Source: Iphione sp. A-MEVVRFRX5
Taxonomy: Eukaryota
Direction of reading: 5' to 3'
Length of the DNA stretch: 64,000 nt
Assembly: GCA_976226885.1 (NCBI GenBank)
Contig: OZ320316.1
Coordinates: 54,188,001 to 54,252,000 of the forward strand
Each line of letters begins with the position of its first letter. The first letter of the stretch is position 1. A program made the translations under genes and the position numbers. This document shows positions 52,345-64,000 of the stretch, one piece after another. The notes under the pieces are model-generated. The model was not told the DNA's origin. It searched no databases and saw only the letters and a list, made by a program, of their open reading frames with translations.

Positions 52345-52625
52345 CCAGGTCCACATGCGGGTGCAGAATTTTTTTCCAGCCTGTTCTAAGTAATACAGTC
52401 ATTCAGATGTGTGCAGACTTTTCCACATCCACATGTGGGTGTGGATGCAAAACCAGAAATTCTGGTTTTGTTCCACACCTGGACGCATATCTTATGCATA
52501 TCTCATAGACTCTTATAGTGTAGAAACATCTGGTTAATATGTGCAAGGAATTAACTAAGGATCTCTGCAGGGGGGGTTCTCCGCATCTGCATGTAGGTGC
52601 AGATTTTTGTCTGGATACATCTGAA
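52345..52625. mobile_element. Diverged copy of the 29.5-kb non-autonomous element
   Basis: Shares GTCCACA..CGGGTGCAGA and TTTTTTCCAGCCTG with 29545-29856; central palindrome CAAAACCAGAA-A-TTCTGGTTTTG at 52448-52470. Confidence 0.5.
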
Positions 52626-55389
52626 ACGCCCCTGATACAGTTGTATCTCACTCATCTGTGAAGAGTCTGGAGTAAATCCCTCTGGACAGAGAGATGTCTT
52701 AATTACCCAGTATCTGTTAGCTTATGCTGTATATCTGTCCAAAATGCTGACATCAGTTGCGTGATACAATAGGCATTGACACTTACTATGTTTGAATTTC
52801 ATGAGATATCCACTACGTTGTACGGGTTTTCATGGGTTATTTAGTTCTTACACATACTTCAGGCGTCAAAAGGGTCTGACAGCTGTCCTCAAATTGGGCT
52901 CCACAGCTGTCCTCACATATACATGAAGCTTCAGAGAGAAGCTGTGATAATGTGTGACACGTTCCTGACACCTCTCCTGACACCCTTGCCTCACAGCATA
53001 TTTTTCGGGTAAGTTGTCCATTATGGCCATTGTAATACAGTCAACTCTCTCCAATGCGACCATCCTCTATTGTATGATAAAGTAGGAGAGGAGAGAGGAG
53101 AAAACTGTAGTCTACCCAGTGCTTTACTGTCTTCGAAGAACGACTATGATCCACACTGAAAACACTGGCTGCAGGCAGACACTTTCAAACATTAAGTTAC
53201 TGTTATAGACAACTCAACAAGTAGGTTTAAATACTTGTATACACTCGGTTCTCATTTCAGACTGATTTCTCCTTGGTAATAGTTGAGTGTCCAGGTTATG
53301 TGTTGGGAATGCCCAGAGAGTAAATTCGAGGGAAATTTTCTGTTTCGACCAGACTCTGTTCTGGGATCTGCGCTGTCTGAATCACGCGGTCATCTGGAAT
53401 CCGAGCTTCACCTTTAGTTTTTGTATAATACCTAATAGATCAGTGTTTCCCTTTCCTATTATCACAGTACTTAGTTACACGTATACGGGTCATATGATTG
53501 CTTTAACATGGCGGTCCTTCAAGATTATTTTCCATACAATAAAAGTAGGCAGCCAGCACTCTCCGGTTTTATATTTCTCTAGAAAAGGAGAATCAGTAGT
53601 ATATGGTCCTTTCAGTAAATGGTACTTCACCTTCTAGCTTAATATCAAGAAGCACATACACTTTTACCACTGTAGAATTGGAAAGTATTGATCAACCCTT
53701 GGTGGCGTGTACACCATAGGCCTTTATATTAGTGACCTTAACACTCTTGTCTATTGAGGTCTCCTGCCTTTCAATGGGATATTTTCATAAGAGTATTTAT
53801 GAAGTGCTTGAATATATCTGCATGTAGTAAAAATTGTCCATGTGCATGTATTAGAGACTGGAGACCCAGAGAACTGCTGCACCTGAGAATCAGGGAAGTC
53901 CAAGAGTTTAGAGAGTGCAGACGATAAAACTCTCTAGGATTCTATCTTAGTGACATTCTGTCAACATGTTTTCGTATGATGTCTCATTTGATTTGAGTTT
54001 AACGTTTTTCATCAATAAACGTTCCGTTTCATGTCATTCGTATTTTAAAACCTGCCTTTATGACTTCCTTTTACCTCCACATACTTTTAAAAAGCGCTTA
54101 TGTAAATAATATCGCAAGACCTTTTTATCAAAAACTGTTACGACTTTGAGGGTTTTCAAGAAAGAACCATATGGAGTATCCTATGAGGAAAGTTATATTA
54201 AAAATGTACATACCGAAAAACTACTTCTTCTATAAAACATGGGTTCAAATAAAACTGAATGGCATACAGCACAACGTCTTTCAGAGGAGAACGCATCCGT
54301 TTACTATGCCATTTCATAAAATCCTGTCGACCATTGCTGCTGCCCATTTATTTACTCAAAGTACTGCTCTTTTGTGTATCCGTTTGCTTTTTTCAGTTCG
54401 CCAAAGGAAAGATATGCTTTCTACACACTTAGAGTGTGCACAGCCTCCTGAACGAGCTCAGATGTGAAATCTCCTAATGACATATAAAGTGGCCTAAATT
54501 CCCTTTCAATATAAGGCGAGCAGAGCAATCCAGCAACAGAGCTTCTACGCTGGATGCAGGCCAGCTGGAGAAGACAAGGGTCTGGGATTTCCCACAATCT
54601 AAACCAAAGAAACGCAAATTACAGCGGCAGCCTTCGCTGCAGTGTTCTCAAATGAATACTGGCATGGCAGTGGATTTCACTTATTGGAAAAGAAATACCG
54701 CAATTTACCATCACGTCTGAAAACATCCAAGTGAGAATATGATAAGTGCCTTTCCTCACACCTTCGGGAATGTTACGCACATTAATCGATTTAGTCCAAA
54801 TAAGTGATTTAGCCTCGGGGGAGATTCTTTTAATGCCGACAGCAAGGTAGAGATCGGAAAGAGCGGTGTCAACCTTGTGTAATGAGGTCGTGATGGGCCC
54901 GACCGATTCGATATTACAGAGGCGGATAGCAACCGAACGCACGAAGACGTTTGGGACTCGAGTGATGCAGCCTAACTTTGCTGGGAAGAAACCGTAATGC
55001 GTGAGCACAAACATGCTAATTACCCTTCAAAACGTCTCATTTTCACGTTATTCTTAGTGGCAGAATAAGAAGAGTTGGAAACGAGCTCGAGACTCGGGGA
55101 TGAAAGGAAAGTCCTGATTTGTTACCTTTCGGGGCTGTTCTTGGAGGCATTGTGTGGTGAGCTTAACGGGTTAACCCTGCTACCATTTGTGTACATGTTT
55201 CTTCACCCTGGGAGCTGGGAATGTAGTCACATGGGAGAAAACACTCAGAGGCTGTGCTACACTCCGCATAACTCAAGAACAAAAAACTAACCATTTTTGA
55301 AAAATCGGTATCCAGAAAACTCTTAAATACAAGCACTGTACTTGTACATTTAAGGTTGCTGTCATTGAAAAACTGATCAACATAAACAG

Positions 55390-55690
55390 TGCTAATATTT
55401 CAAAACTGATGGAGACTATTAATTCTCGCCTCATTTGTACAACTGGTTACACTATCGCAACATTGCAATCGAGTGCATAGATAGGAAAACTGATGTTACA
55501 ACCCGGGAAGAATATCCATTCCGTTCTTCTTACGATCAACTACGATGGCCCATTTACCACATTCACATAATGCATCCAATCTCATCGCGAGTGTGATCTT
55601 TACCGAGGACATTGTCGGCTAGTTATCGATGACATTGAAACTCTGAACCTCAAAAGTGGAATATGGTATAGGTTGATTTCCACACTGTCG
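55390..55690 (+). mobile_element. Decayed LINE RT N-terminal fragment
   Basis: ANISKLMETINSRL...LQS resembles ISKL.E.IIN.RL...Q.GF of CR1/L2-type RT. Confidence 0.35.
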
Positions 55691-57552
55691 CATATCAACT
55701 TTAAGGAAATGAACTTGTTTTTCGGAAAGTTATTTTATCATAATTCCTCATCACTCTTTTTTTTCTAATGTATTCAGTCATGGCACGTCTGGACGTCAGT
55801 TTATTCCTGTCATCGACAAATGAAAAGAATCTGCACTCCAGTGGTTTGTTCCACAAATTCAGTTTGATGAAATACCTTCAGGCTGTCATTCAGCTTCACG
55901 TACAAATCCCAAGCACATTAAGGACTGAGATTGACTAATCAGTGAAATCTTGGTCTCTAGCCGACCAAGCAAATCACCACGCAATTAGCTGTCAGTAAAT
56001 ATAGGAACCTGGTGGGTGGGTACGCATTAGAACCTGTTCCATTGAGACAGTCATGTCATACGATGACAGATAAGAGGACAGATAAGGAGCGATGTAAGCT
56101 GAATATCACACCCTTGTACGAATAAATGTAGAAACTTAAAACGTACATCCACACATCTATTGAAATATTCGTGACCAAATGAAACAGGATATGAACCTAT
56201 CAACCACACCTTTGCTAAATATATAAGTATTTCTATGTAGGCCTATATTATGTAGTAATAAGATAATATATCCATTCCCTTACAGACTCCGGCTATACTC
56301 TCAGGAACATCTTATTTTGTTCACACATATCATCTAGCTTCTAGCTATACCTTCCCTTTACATTTAAAAAAAATGAAATATGGCATCATACCACCATATA
56401 ATCTCAGGGAAAAGTATATTTGAGTTTGAGGGTTCGTGGAAATAAAATTGAAAGATTTATCTATAAATGATCTTCTGGTGATCACAATCGCTACAGTAAT
56501 ATTCATGCAATTATGCCTCTATATGGTGCAAAGAATTTAAAGCAATACCAGACTAAAAGTCAAAAACTAGAATATGGTCTTAACAGTTGAGGTTAGGTTG
56601 AAACCAGTTGGCAGAAATCAACTGCATTGAGAATGACTCTTTGTAATGATCTGCATGGTGTACTTTTGTAAGCTACCTGTCCTGAATGAAGTTCTTTTTA
56701 TACACTCGGCTACCAGGCTACCAGCACACGGCTCCTTAAGGACTTTTCAACTGTCCCTGACGTCTCTTCGTGTATCATAAGCCCGTGTTCTCATCATGAC
56801 TACACCTTCAAACCATCTGAAGAACCCACAATAAGCAAAATGTTGAAATCATATATATCACATACGGAAATTAATATTCTAAATCTTCAAGAGTAGTAAC
56901 TACAAGAACTGTAGGAAATCATATCAAGAAACTTTGGTCGTTATGGTAATCCATTTCAATGTTATCCAATATCTTCCTCCTGCACGGCCTCCTGGTAGTT
57001 CCTGACTGAGGGGAGAAATGGCAATATAACTCATTAATCTAATCTTGAAATGGATATGGGGAGGTGCTGATTGAACTACCGGCATCAGAGCCGAGACTAG
57101 GACATATCGATCCAATTTGGTGGACGGAAAACGTCACTTTTAGATGACATATTTGAATCAGGCAAATTCGATTTGCCCTGGCGCGAGGCAACATATAACG
57201 CCTATAACAAAATTTGTACGAGATACTTCTGAAATTCTTCGATCGTCATCTGTTGACGTTAGCAAAGCGTGCATCATCATCATCGTAGCGGCGTAGGATT
57301 CGACGGCAGCAAGCTGCATGGAGCCTGCAATTTCCTGGCCGCTCACCGACTTCGCAGTGGGGCGTGGGTGCACTGGGCGAGGATGATTGACAGCTAGCAG
57401 GGGCAGAGTGGGCGGTTGATTTTCAGGCCAAGAGGAACCTTTTCTGCTTAATCCTGCCGCCCTGCCTGGGTAGACACCTGTGACCCGGCGAAGTCCAGAG
57501 AGCTGGCCGAGCTGTCGCCGCCATGACACGCAAGCAGGAAGCAAGCAGGATT

Positions 57553-57626
57553 GCCCCATCTACCACCTGCCTCTGCCATCTATCGCCGCCTGGTGGCATG
57601 AGGCTAGCAGAGGTCACAGATGGCGC
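57553..57626. promoter_or_regulatory. Dense cluster of CTCF-consensus motifs
   Basis: Minus strand: GCGATAGATGGCAG (57573-57586) and GCCACCAGGCGGCG (57584-57597). Plus strand: CTAGCAGAGGTCAC and GTCACAGATGGCGC (57613-57626). Confidence 0.5.
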
Positions 57627-58162
57627 CACACATGCCTGCCTCTTTCATAAGCATTTGTTTAAGAAGTCAATCCCTGACCGCCAACCAGAGTGACTTCAAC
57701 AATGTGACAAGGCCTTTACACATGTGTAATGTATTAATGACCTATCCCAAACATGAGGCCCTCAGCATAATATAAATTGGTTTTCGTGTATCATGTTCTC
57801 CGTTTTCATTAATGCAGTTTATTTTTCTTATAACCTCAAGTACCCAGGTTGTTATTCGTATCAGAATTTTACACTCAAAAAAAAGGTGACGATGTAGAAG
57901 TCACGAACGCCGTCGTTTGCAGGTTACAAGCAACAGGTCTCAATCCAGCGTCTAATTCATCAGTGTCCGGATCTCACGTGTACGGCGGATGAGTATGATG
58001 AAAGGCTGGCTCAATAGGATGCTGACACATCATCTCCGGCACCGCTCAAAGGAGGATATTTACTCAGACGGTGTGTAACAAATGAGCCTTTTGCATTCGG
58101 CCAGCGCCGACGACGCGGCAGGTAGACCAGACGGCGACGTCTTCCCGCCTTCTGACAGGGGC

Positions 58163-58177
58163 TGGCCGCCAGGTGGC
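58163..58177 (+). promoter_or_regulatory. Near-consensus CTCF motif
   Basis: TGGCCGCCAGGTGGC. Confidence 0.5.
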
Positions 58178-61100
58178 TTGTTTGGCTTGTCGGCTGTTTC
58201 CGCCACTTAACGGACAAGACGCAACGTTAAAATTTGGGCCCCCATCTTTGGTTAAAGCAGACTGGAACAGCTAGTTTGTATAACATGAAAACTTAGCAGT
58301 ATCCTGTTATATATAGATATCTTACAGAACAAAGAACATATGTCATTTGCTCACTGTTTTTTAATATATCCTTTTGCAAATGATTGCACGGTATGTTGCC
58401 TCAGCAGAGGCAGTGTGTCTTTTCAAAGGGAGGCACAGTTATCACAGTGTAGGGTAAAACAAAAAGCATACAGATGTACGTCAACTCATGATGCTTACTT
58501 TGACGTATGTATGACCGCGACAAAAACAGTAAGTATGAGTAACAACCGTTACTCTAATGGGGTAACATTGAAAGCAGCGAGAGAATTGCATTCCACTTTC
58601 AAGCCATGGGACAAAAACCCTCATGTGACTTTGAATGAATGGGCATGCCAATTATATCCTAGCCGTAAATCAGGTTTTGGGAAGGCCGTTCATTTTTTCC
58701 TAGAATACGTACTTCTATCGCATATGTCACACATTTTATAACACTCATGTGGATTGACCGATAACAAAGTAATAGAATTAGACATTTATTTCAGAGAAAT
58801 AACTGAAAGCATGATGTGACACTAGGCTGGGCCTCAGATTGCAAAAGAAAAGCCTAGGAACTGACATGGTTCGGAGTACTGAAAAATGGCCAGACTAATG
58901 CAAACTGAAGAAATTAAATGGCTTTGTGATCAGCAGATGTTAAACGTAGCAAGACGGACCTCTCTTCGTGTAATCTTGGTCTGTTGGCTGGCTGTTTTGA
59001 ATCGAGTGAGACAGAAATTCAAGCCTCTCAGACTGACAACTGACCATGAACCGACTTAGTTCGTCCAGGTGTGGACTCTTATCTCCAACATTAAACAACA
59101 GTTTCTGACGTAACATACTGCTTAGCGTTTCTGCTTGACTTCCCATCTGTCAAGGTTGTCGGATCGTTGGATTGTCCCCGACCAATGCTTCAAGTTAGCA
59201 AACCTCTGTTGACCTTAGAAGTCGCCAGTAAATTCTTTATACCAGTCTTGCTTACTTTTGCGTTGGCTTTCGTAGCATTTCCTAGATTTCAGGGGAAAAC
59301 TTCGTTTATTGTTAATAATACATTGTCAAACTAATACTTATTCGAGCCGTTTGCATCAGATACATCCTGATAGCATGGAATGAGATAACTTGTTATGCTG
59401 ATTCTAACACAATCAACACCTGTTAATTTAAGGAATCTGTTCCTCTATACAAGCGGAACTACGTACAGACTTGCAAGTGACTATTTCCAAATGCATCTCC
59501 AGGTCCAAACATTAGCAAGAGTATGCTGTATACATGTCATTCAAAGACAATTCGTCTCGTCAATAACCTGTCTGAGTTGTGTGCAGCAACATCTGCAGTA
59601 AACGCCTGAAACAAACTATTGATATTTACACTGCAATGCATATTGAAGCTCTACCTGCGATGGCAAGCAATCCGTTAATGCCTAGATGACATGCACTCGC
59701 CTATAATGCAATAAAAAAAACTACATGCCTAATACATTTGACGATGCGTTTGTCAGCTGGGACCATGGAGGCTGGTCACTCTTACCGACCATAATCATTT
59801 GGAAAATATGGTGCCCTCAACTGTACTGCTGGTATTTATATTGTATTATATGGATTTGATTCCCTTAAAACTCTGTCACAGGCGAGTCGACTATTTCAAA
59901 GTTGGTCGGACAATAACGTATAATCATTAGTTTGAGTCGAAATATAGATTGACACTTCAGTTATAAGTGATTTTAGATACGAGTGAGGGCCATTGCTGAG
60001 TACATGTACTGCCATTCAGTTAGTTCAGATAGACGTTATCTAATGATTTGCTATGGGTTCAGTCCAGTAGTACACAACTCATACATCAAGAAACAGTGAT
60101 TCTAGAAGGGAGAGAGAAAATACGAGAGGTGGGGGAAGAAAGAGAATGAGGCAATTATGAACTACAAGCAGTACAGTTGAGCGCACCACATTTTCGAAAT
60201 AGTTATGGTCTGTAAATGTTCCTAGACCGAACTTGAACATTATACTCAAGTGAGCGTTGCTATGTGGTTGTTAAGTTACGTTTTATATTTTCTCCTCTGA
60301 TTGAAATATTAATGACTAACAAGAACTGGAACTAAAAGGTATAACGTCATGGTCAGTGCGGCTGTGAAATCCAACAGTAAAATCTGGATTGTCATGATGA
60401 TTAAGAACGTTTATTCACTAACAATCATTCTAGAACTCAATTCAAGTACCAAAATTGTAAGCATTTTATCAGATTATGATATATCTATAGCACACAAACA
60501 ATTCCATCATGGTTCAGCATATGCCGTTAACAAATAAAAGTTAGATTAATTGTGAATTCCTAAATTTACGGAGTCATTCACACCAGAAAAACATCCCTCT
60601 CAGAGAAATGCTAAAATATTGAGGTTTTTACATGCAAGTTATGTGACTGTTTCTAACAAAGTATATTTATCAGAATGTCCTACCCAGGCACAACTTCCAT
60701 ATATGATTTGCAATTTTCCATAATTGGGTGCCCTATTTATTCCTCTCTAAATAAGGACAAATAGAAAAACAAACATATTAGGCTAGTTCACTGTAGTCCC
60801 CTCCTGCGTGACCATGGGGAAAACAAAGGACATCCACCCCACAACCACTACCTGGGTAGAGTAAATATATTCATACTGCAGGAAGATTATAAAAGGATAA
60901 CATTAATGTTTGTATGGCTACACCTTCTACAAGATGGAATGGTGTATGTATATGGGCATCTGTGGCACCATGTAACTGTTAGGGCAAATAAGTGCATAAC
61001 CAGGGCACCTCTTAGCAACACGTCTGTTCGGAAATAGATATTGAAATACAATGAAACTGGTTCTACACAGTGTGGTAGGAGGGGGAGAATGGTTGGAAAT

Positions 61101-62299
61101 TAATTTGGCCAGAAATCAATTACTTTTCATATGGATCATGTACGGGACATATTTCTGTTCAAAGCTCAATTTGTCGTATTAGTATATTTGGTCGGAAATC
61201 GGTGTGGTTAGAAATGGCATTTTGACTGTACATGGAATAAAATATCAACCATCTACATATGATATAAGAACGATCAATCATATATATATGACATAAGACC
61301 GATATTAGTTATCTCTTACTCGTGGGTGTTAGTGCATTCTAAATGAAAACATCATGACTGTGAAGGAGTCTGACAGGACTGTGGAAATAAGCTATTTCAA
61401 TTTGGATTCAGTCTAATCATCTATCCAATGTAATGTCTAATACAGATTTTTTTTTATAATACGCAGTCACCTTTCTGATGTTTGGTTCAATATATTCTAC
61501 AAGACCAGCATCATTAGAGGACTGACAGATGCACTTGTATCGGACGGGGGCCCGGCCAGCGCAGTGAGTGAGTGGGCATACTGTAGAGAGTGAACAATAA
61601 GGCGACCCAAGGCGTGACCTGCCAGCATAGTCAGTCATAATGAACTGTGTTGAGGCCTCTGACAAGACGCCAGATGTCAATCTAATAGAGCTGAACTTAG
61701 TAGCCCCCGACTTACAAGCCTCCCCCTTCAGCTTCGATCCAACTTCATTCAGACTTGCTCCATCTGGGGCTCATAAACCACAATCCCCCACCCTCGCCTT
61801 CTACTCTCTGTGTATTCTGATTGATTGAAGTTGATGACATACAGGATTGGCTTCACCCGCAGGGCAACTGTATGCGAGCTGGGATAGGGCCATCTCAGAA
61901 ATAGCACTCTAGACTGTGGTCAGCACTTTAAATTGGATTCTGAAGAAATACTAAGGGCCTCAAAGACCCAGTATTAAATCCGTCGCCTTGTCAGGAAATA
62001 TCAAGTGTATATAAGGAGACGGGCCGCCATTAAAGTATCCTCCGGTTAAGTTTTAATACCCAAAGATCGTGATGTAATCGTTGACATTTGTGTTTTCAAT
62101 CGCAACAGTTCAACTCCAGCAGGACCTAAAGCATGAACTGTCACATTTATCCCCACCGCCTACCTATCATGTCATCCAAAAATGGTGCGATAGACAAATC
62201 CTACCTGACGTGGATATAAACTACATGTATTACTGATTCAAACATGTTAGAAACGTTTTAATGTTATTGGGTGCCTCACATGCCAATGACATACATAAG

Positions 62300-62670
62300 A
62301 AGCATTATTGGCGAAATAGGCCTAAATTGACAGCGGCGACGGGCGTCCCGTCGCCGCTTCTCATCCACACTAGCATGCAAAGCGTATGGCAGTGACGAAT
62401 GGAATTTCTCTCCTCCCCTCGCATGCTGGCTGCGGTCTCTAGCAGAGTTCGTTTACGGGTAAATTGAAAATGATGCGCCAATGACGGCCACTCCCCAGCG
62501 CCGCCTGGCGCCGCTACTGAAACCGGCAACGGATGGTGCGATAACCTTGATTACGGTATCATTTCCTGAAATTCCTTCATCGGGAGCAGCTGTCACCAAA
62601 TAGGTGAATCATTAATCAGAGCTGCTCAACACGAGGAGTCCGAGTGGCTCACACGACGCCGTGGCCAATT
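62300..62670. promoter_or_regulatory. GC-rich candidate regulatory block
   Basis: Perfect 12-bp GC hairpin at 62332-62358; CTCF-like GCGCCAGGCGGCGCTG (-, 62496-62511); CTGTCA at 62590-62595 with ATTAATCA at 62611-62618. Confidence 0.4.
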
Positions 62671-64000
62671 AGTAGTTGCTACTTTTGCCAACTGTTATTA
62701 CCACGCCCGTAACAAAGAGTTTGGGGTTTATTTTCTGCCGACCGTTCCCAGATTATTCTTGGGAACAAGATGAGTGTGCCTTCTATTCTTTCTCAGACAG
62801 TGTTCTAGTCGGGGCACCCAAGGGTAAATATGTGCATTTATTCTCACCAAAAGCAATCAGTGTCTTAAAGTATGTTTCAAACAAGGTTATAAGCTTCTCT
62901 CGCGCAGAGGGTATGTTTTTCAGAAATACTGTGCAAAAATATATGGATTTTTTTTGTTTTACATCCCCAGCAACAGACTTCGAATGTTTCTAACATAGGG
63001 CAAATAAGGAAAGCATCACCAAATATGTCGTAAAGTGTCTTTTCCAGCTGCAGAACTGGGCGCTACATTTTCCAACGTTCGAACACAATATTAGCCAGGG
63101 GGGATTTCGCACTAAATGTATATATATACATGTACATGTATATACATGTACATACTAAATTTTTAAAATTGATACAAAGTGTTATAAGAGATAATATGAC
63201 AATGTTCATATGGCACATGTCAATATTTATTAAGTAAATACACCTGCCAGAAAGAAACCTGCTAGTACAGCTTACAAGTTAAGAGCAACAGGCATCGTGC
63301 AGAAAATCTGGAGGAATGCAGTAATAAGTGTACTGTTCCACACCTCTCCTCAGGCCGTACATGCATAATGTAAGATTTTTACCTCAAGTGAAGCTTAAGT
63401 TTCACATCTATACGAAAAGGTTCTTATATGCATGTATGTTATTTCTTCTAAGATAAACGGGAAAGTCTAACAAGTGGCAAAACAGTGTCTGTATTACTTT
63501 AAAATCTAATGAGAGAAGAAAAAGTTTACAAAGCCTGTTGAAACCGCTGAACATAAGGAAGGAATAGGAAATCAATTATTGAGGTAAAACAAGGCACTAT
63601 GAAGTGCACCGTCTCTCTTGATGAAGGTATCTGCAATACCTCGCGTGCTGTTCCAACATCGCTTGTAGGAAAGTCATCAAGCTTTTTCTTCCCCTGCTCC
63701 ATCTCTAGTTCCTGCTGCATCAATATCAAGACAATCAATTAGAATACGATAGACACGCACGAGGAAGTAAGATAAGAGGGGAAGGTGTCCTGCAGGCAAT
63801 TACACAGTAGTCATTCGAGGTAGTCATTCACTTTTCCCGCTATAGTGCTCCTTTCGAGTACAACTTGCAATGACCGTCAATATACTCATCCATTCTTGTG
63901 CCAGTTCTCTTAGCATCCATTTTCCATATTAGCCTGTAAGTGCTAATTCCACTCCTTCATCTGTGACAGTAGGATTCCTTGCTTCTTTGTTTCAATGGAC

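Noticed and set aside
54619-58741. 131-133 aa ORFs at 54619, 57158 and 58340
   Set aside because: No recognisable family or coding-like composition; consistent with chance ORFs in regulatory DNA.
58850-58990. VRLATFNI resembling an APE start
   Set aside because: Downstream APE motifs are not recoverable.
1-64000. Prokaryotic systems (operons, CRISPR arrays, defence islands)
   Set aside because: No dense long ORFs and no repeat-spacer arrays; the sequence has spliceosomal, microsatellite and LINE hallmarks of an animal genome.

Overview
AT-rich eukaryotic DNA (roughly 40% GC by eye, CpG not obviously depleted). It is most likely from a marine invertebrate. Amphioxus-like is an inference from the TTAGGG-type repeat, the strong TACATGTA excess and the transposon mix. 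I found no intact protein-coding gene, RNA gene or CRISPR array, and the ORF-track entries are nearly all chance ORFs or pieces of decayed elements. Three kinds of content are supported. (1) Transposon fossils: a Crypton-type tyrosine recombinase (DUF3504) at 35.5-36.8 kb, a long decayed RTE-clade LINE at 43.3-45.5 kb, a CR1/L2-group RT piece, a Penelope GIY-YIG piece and several MITEs, one with a (CCCTAA)n core. (2) A decayed intron-containing gene of unknown family at 0.4-1.7 kb. (3) Many non-repetitive, motif-dense blocks with CTCF-consensus clusters, Pbx-Hox/Meis, Sox, TCF, CRE and POU sites, which suggest the regulatory desert or a large intron of a developmental gene outside the window. 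All motif and family calls were made by eye, with no database search.
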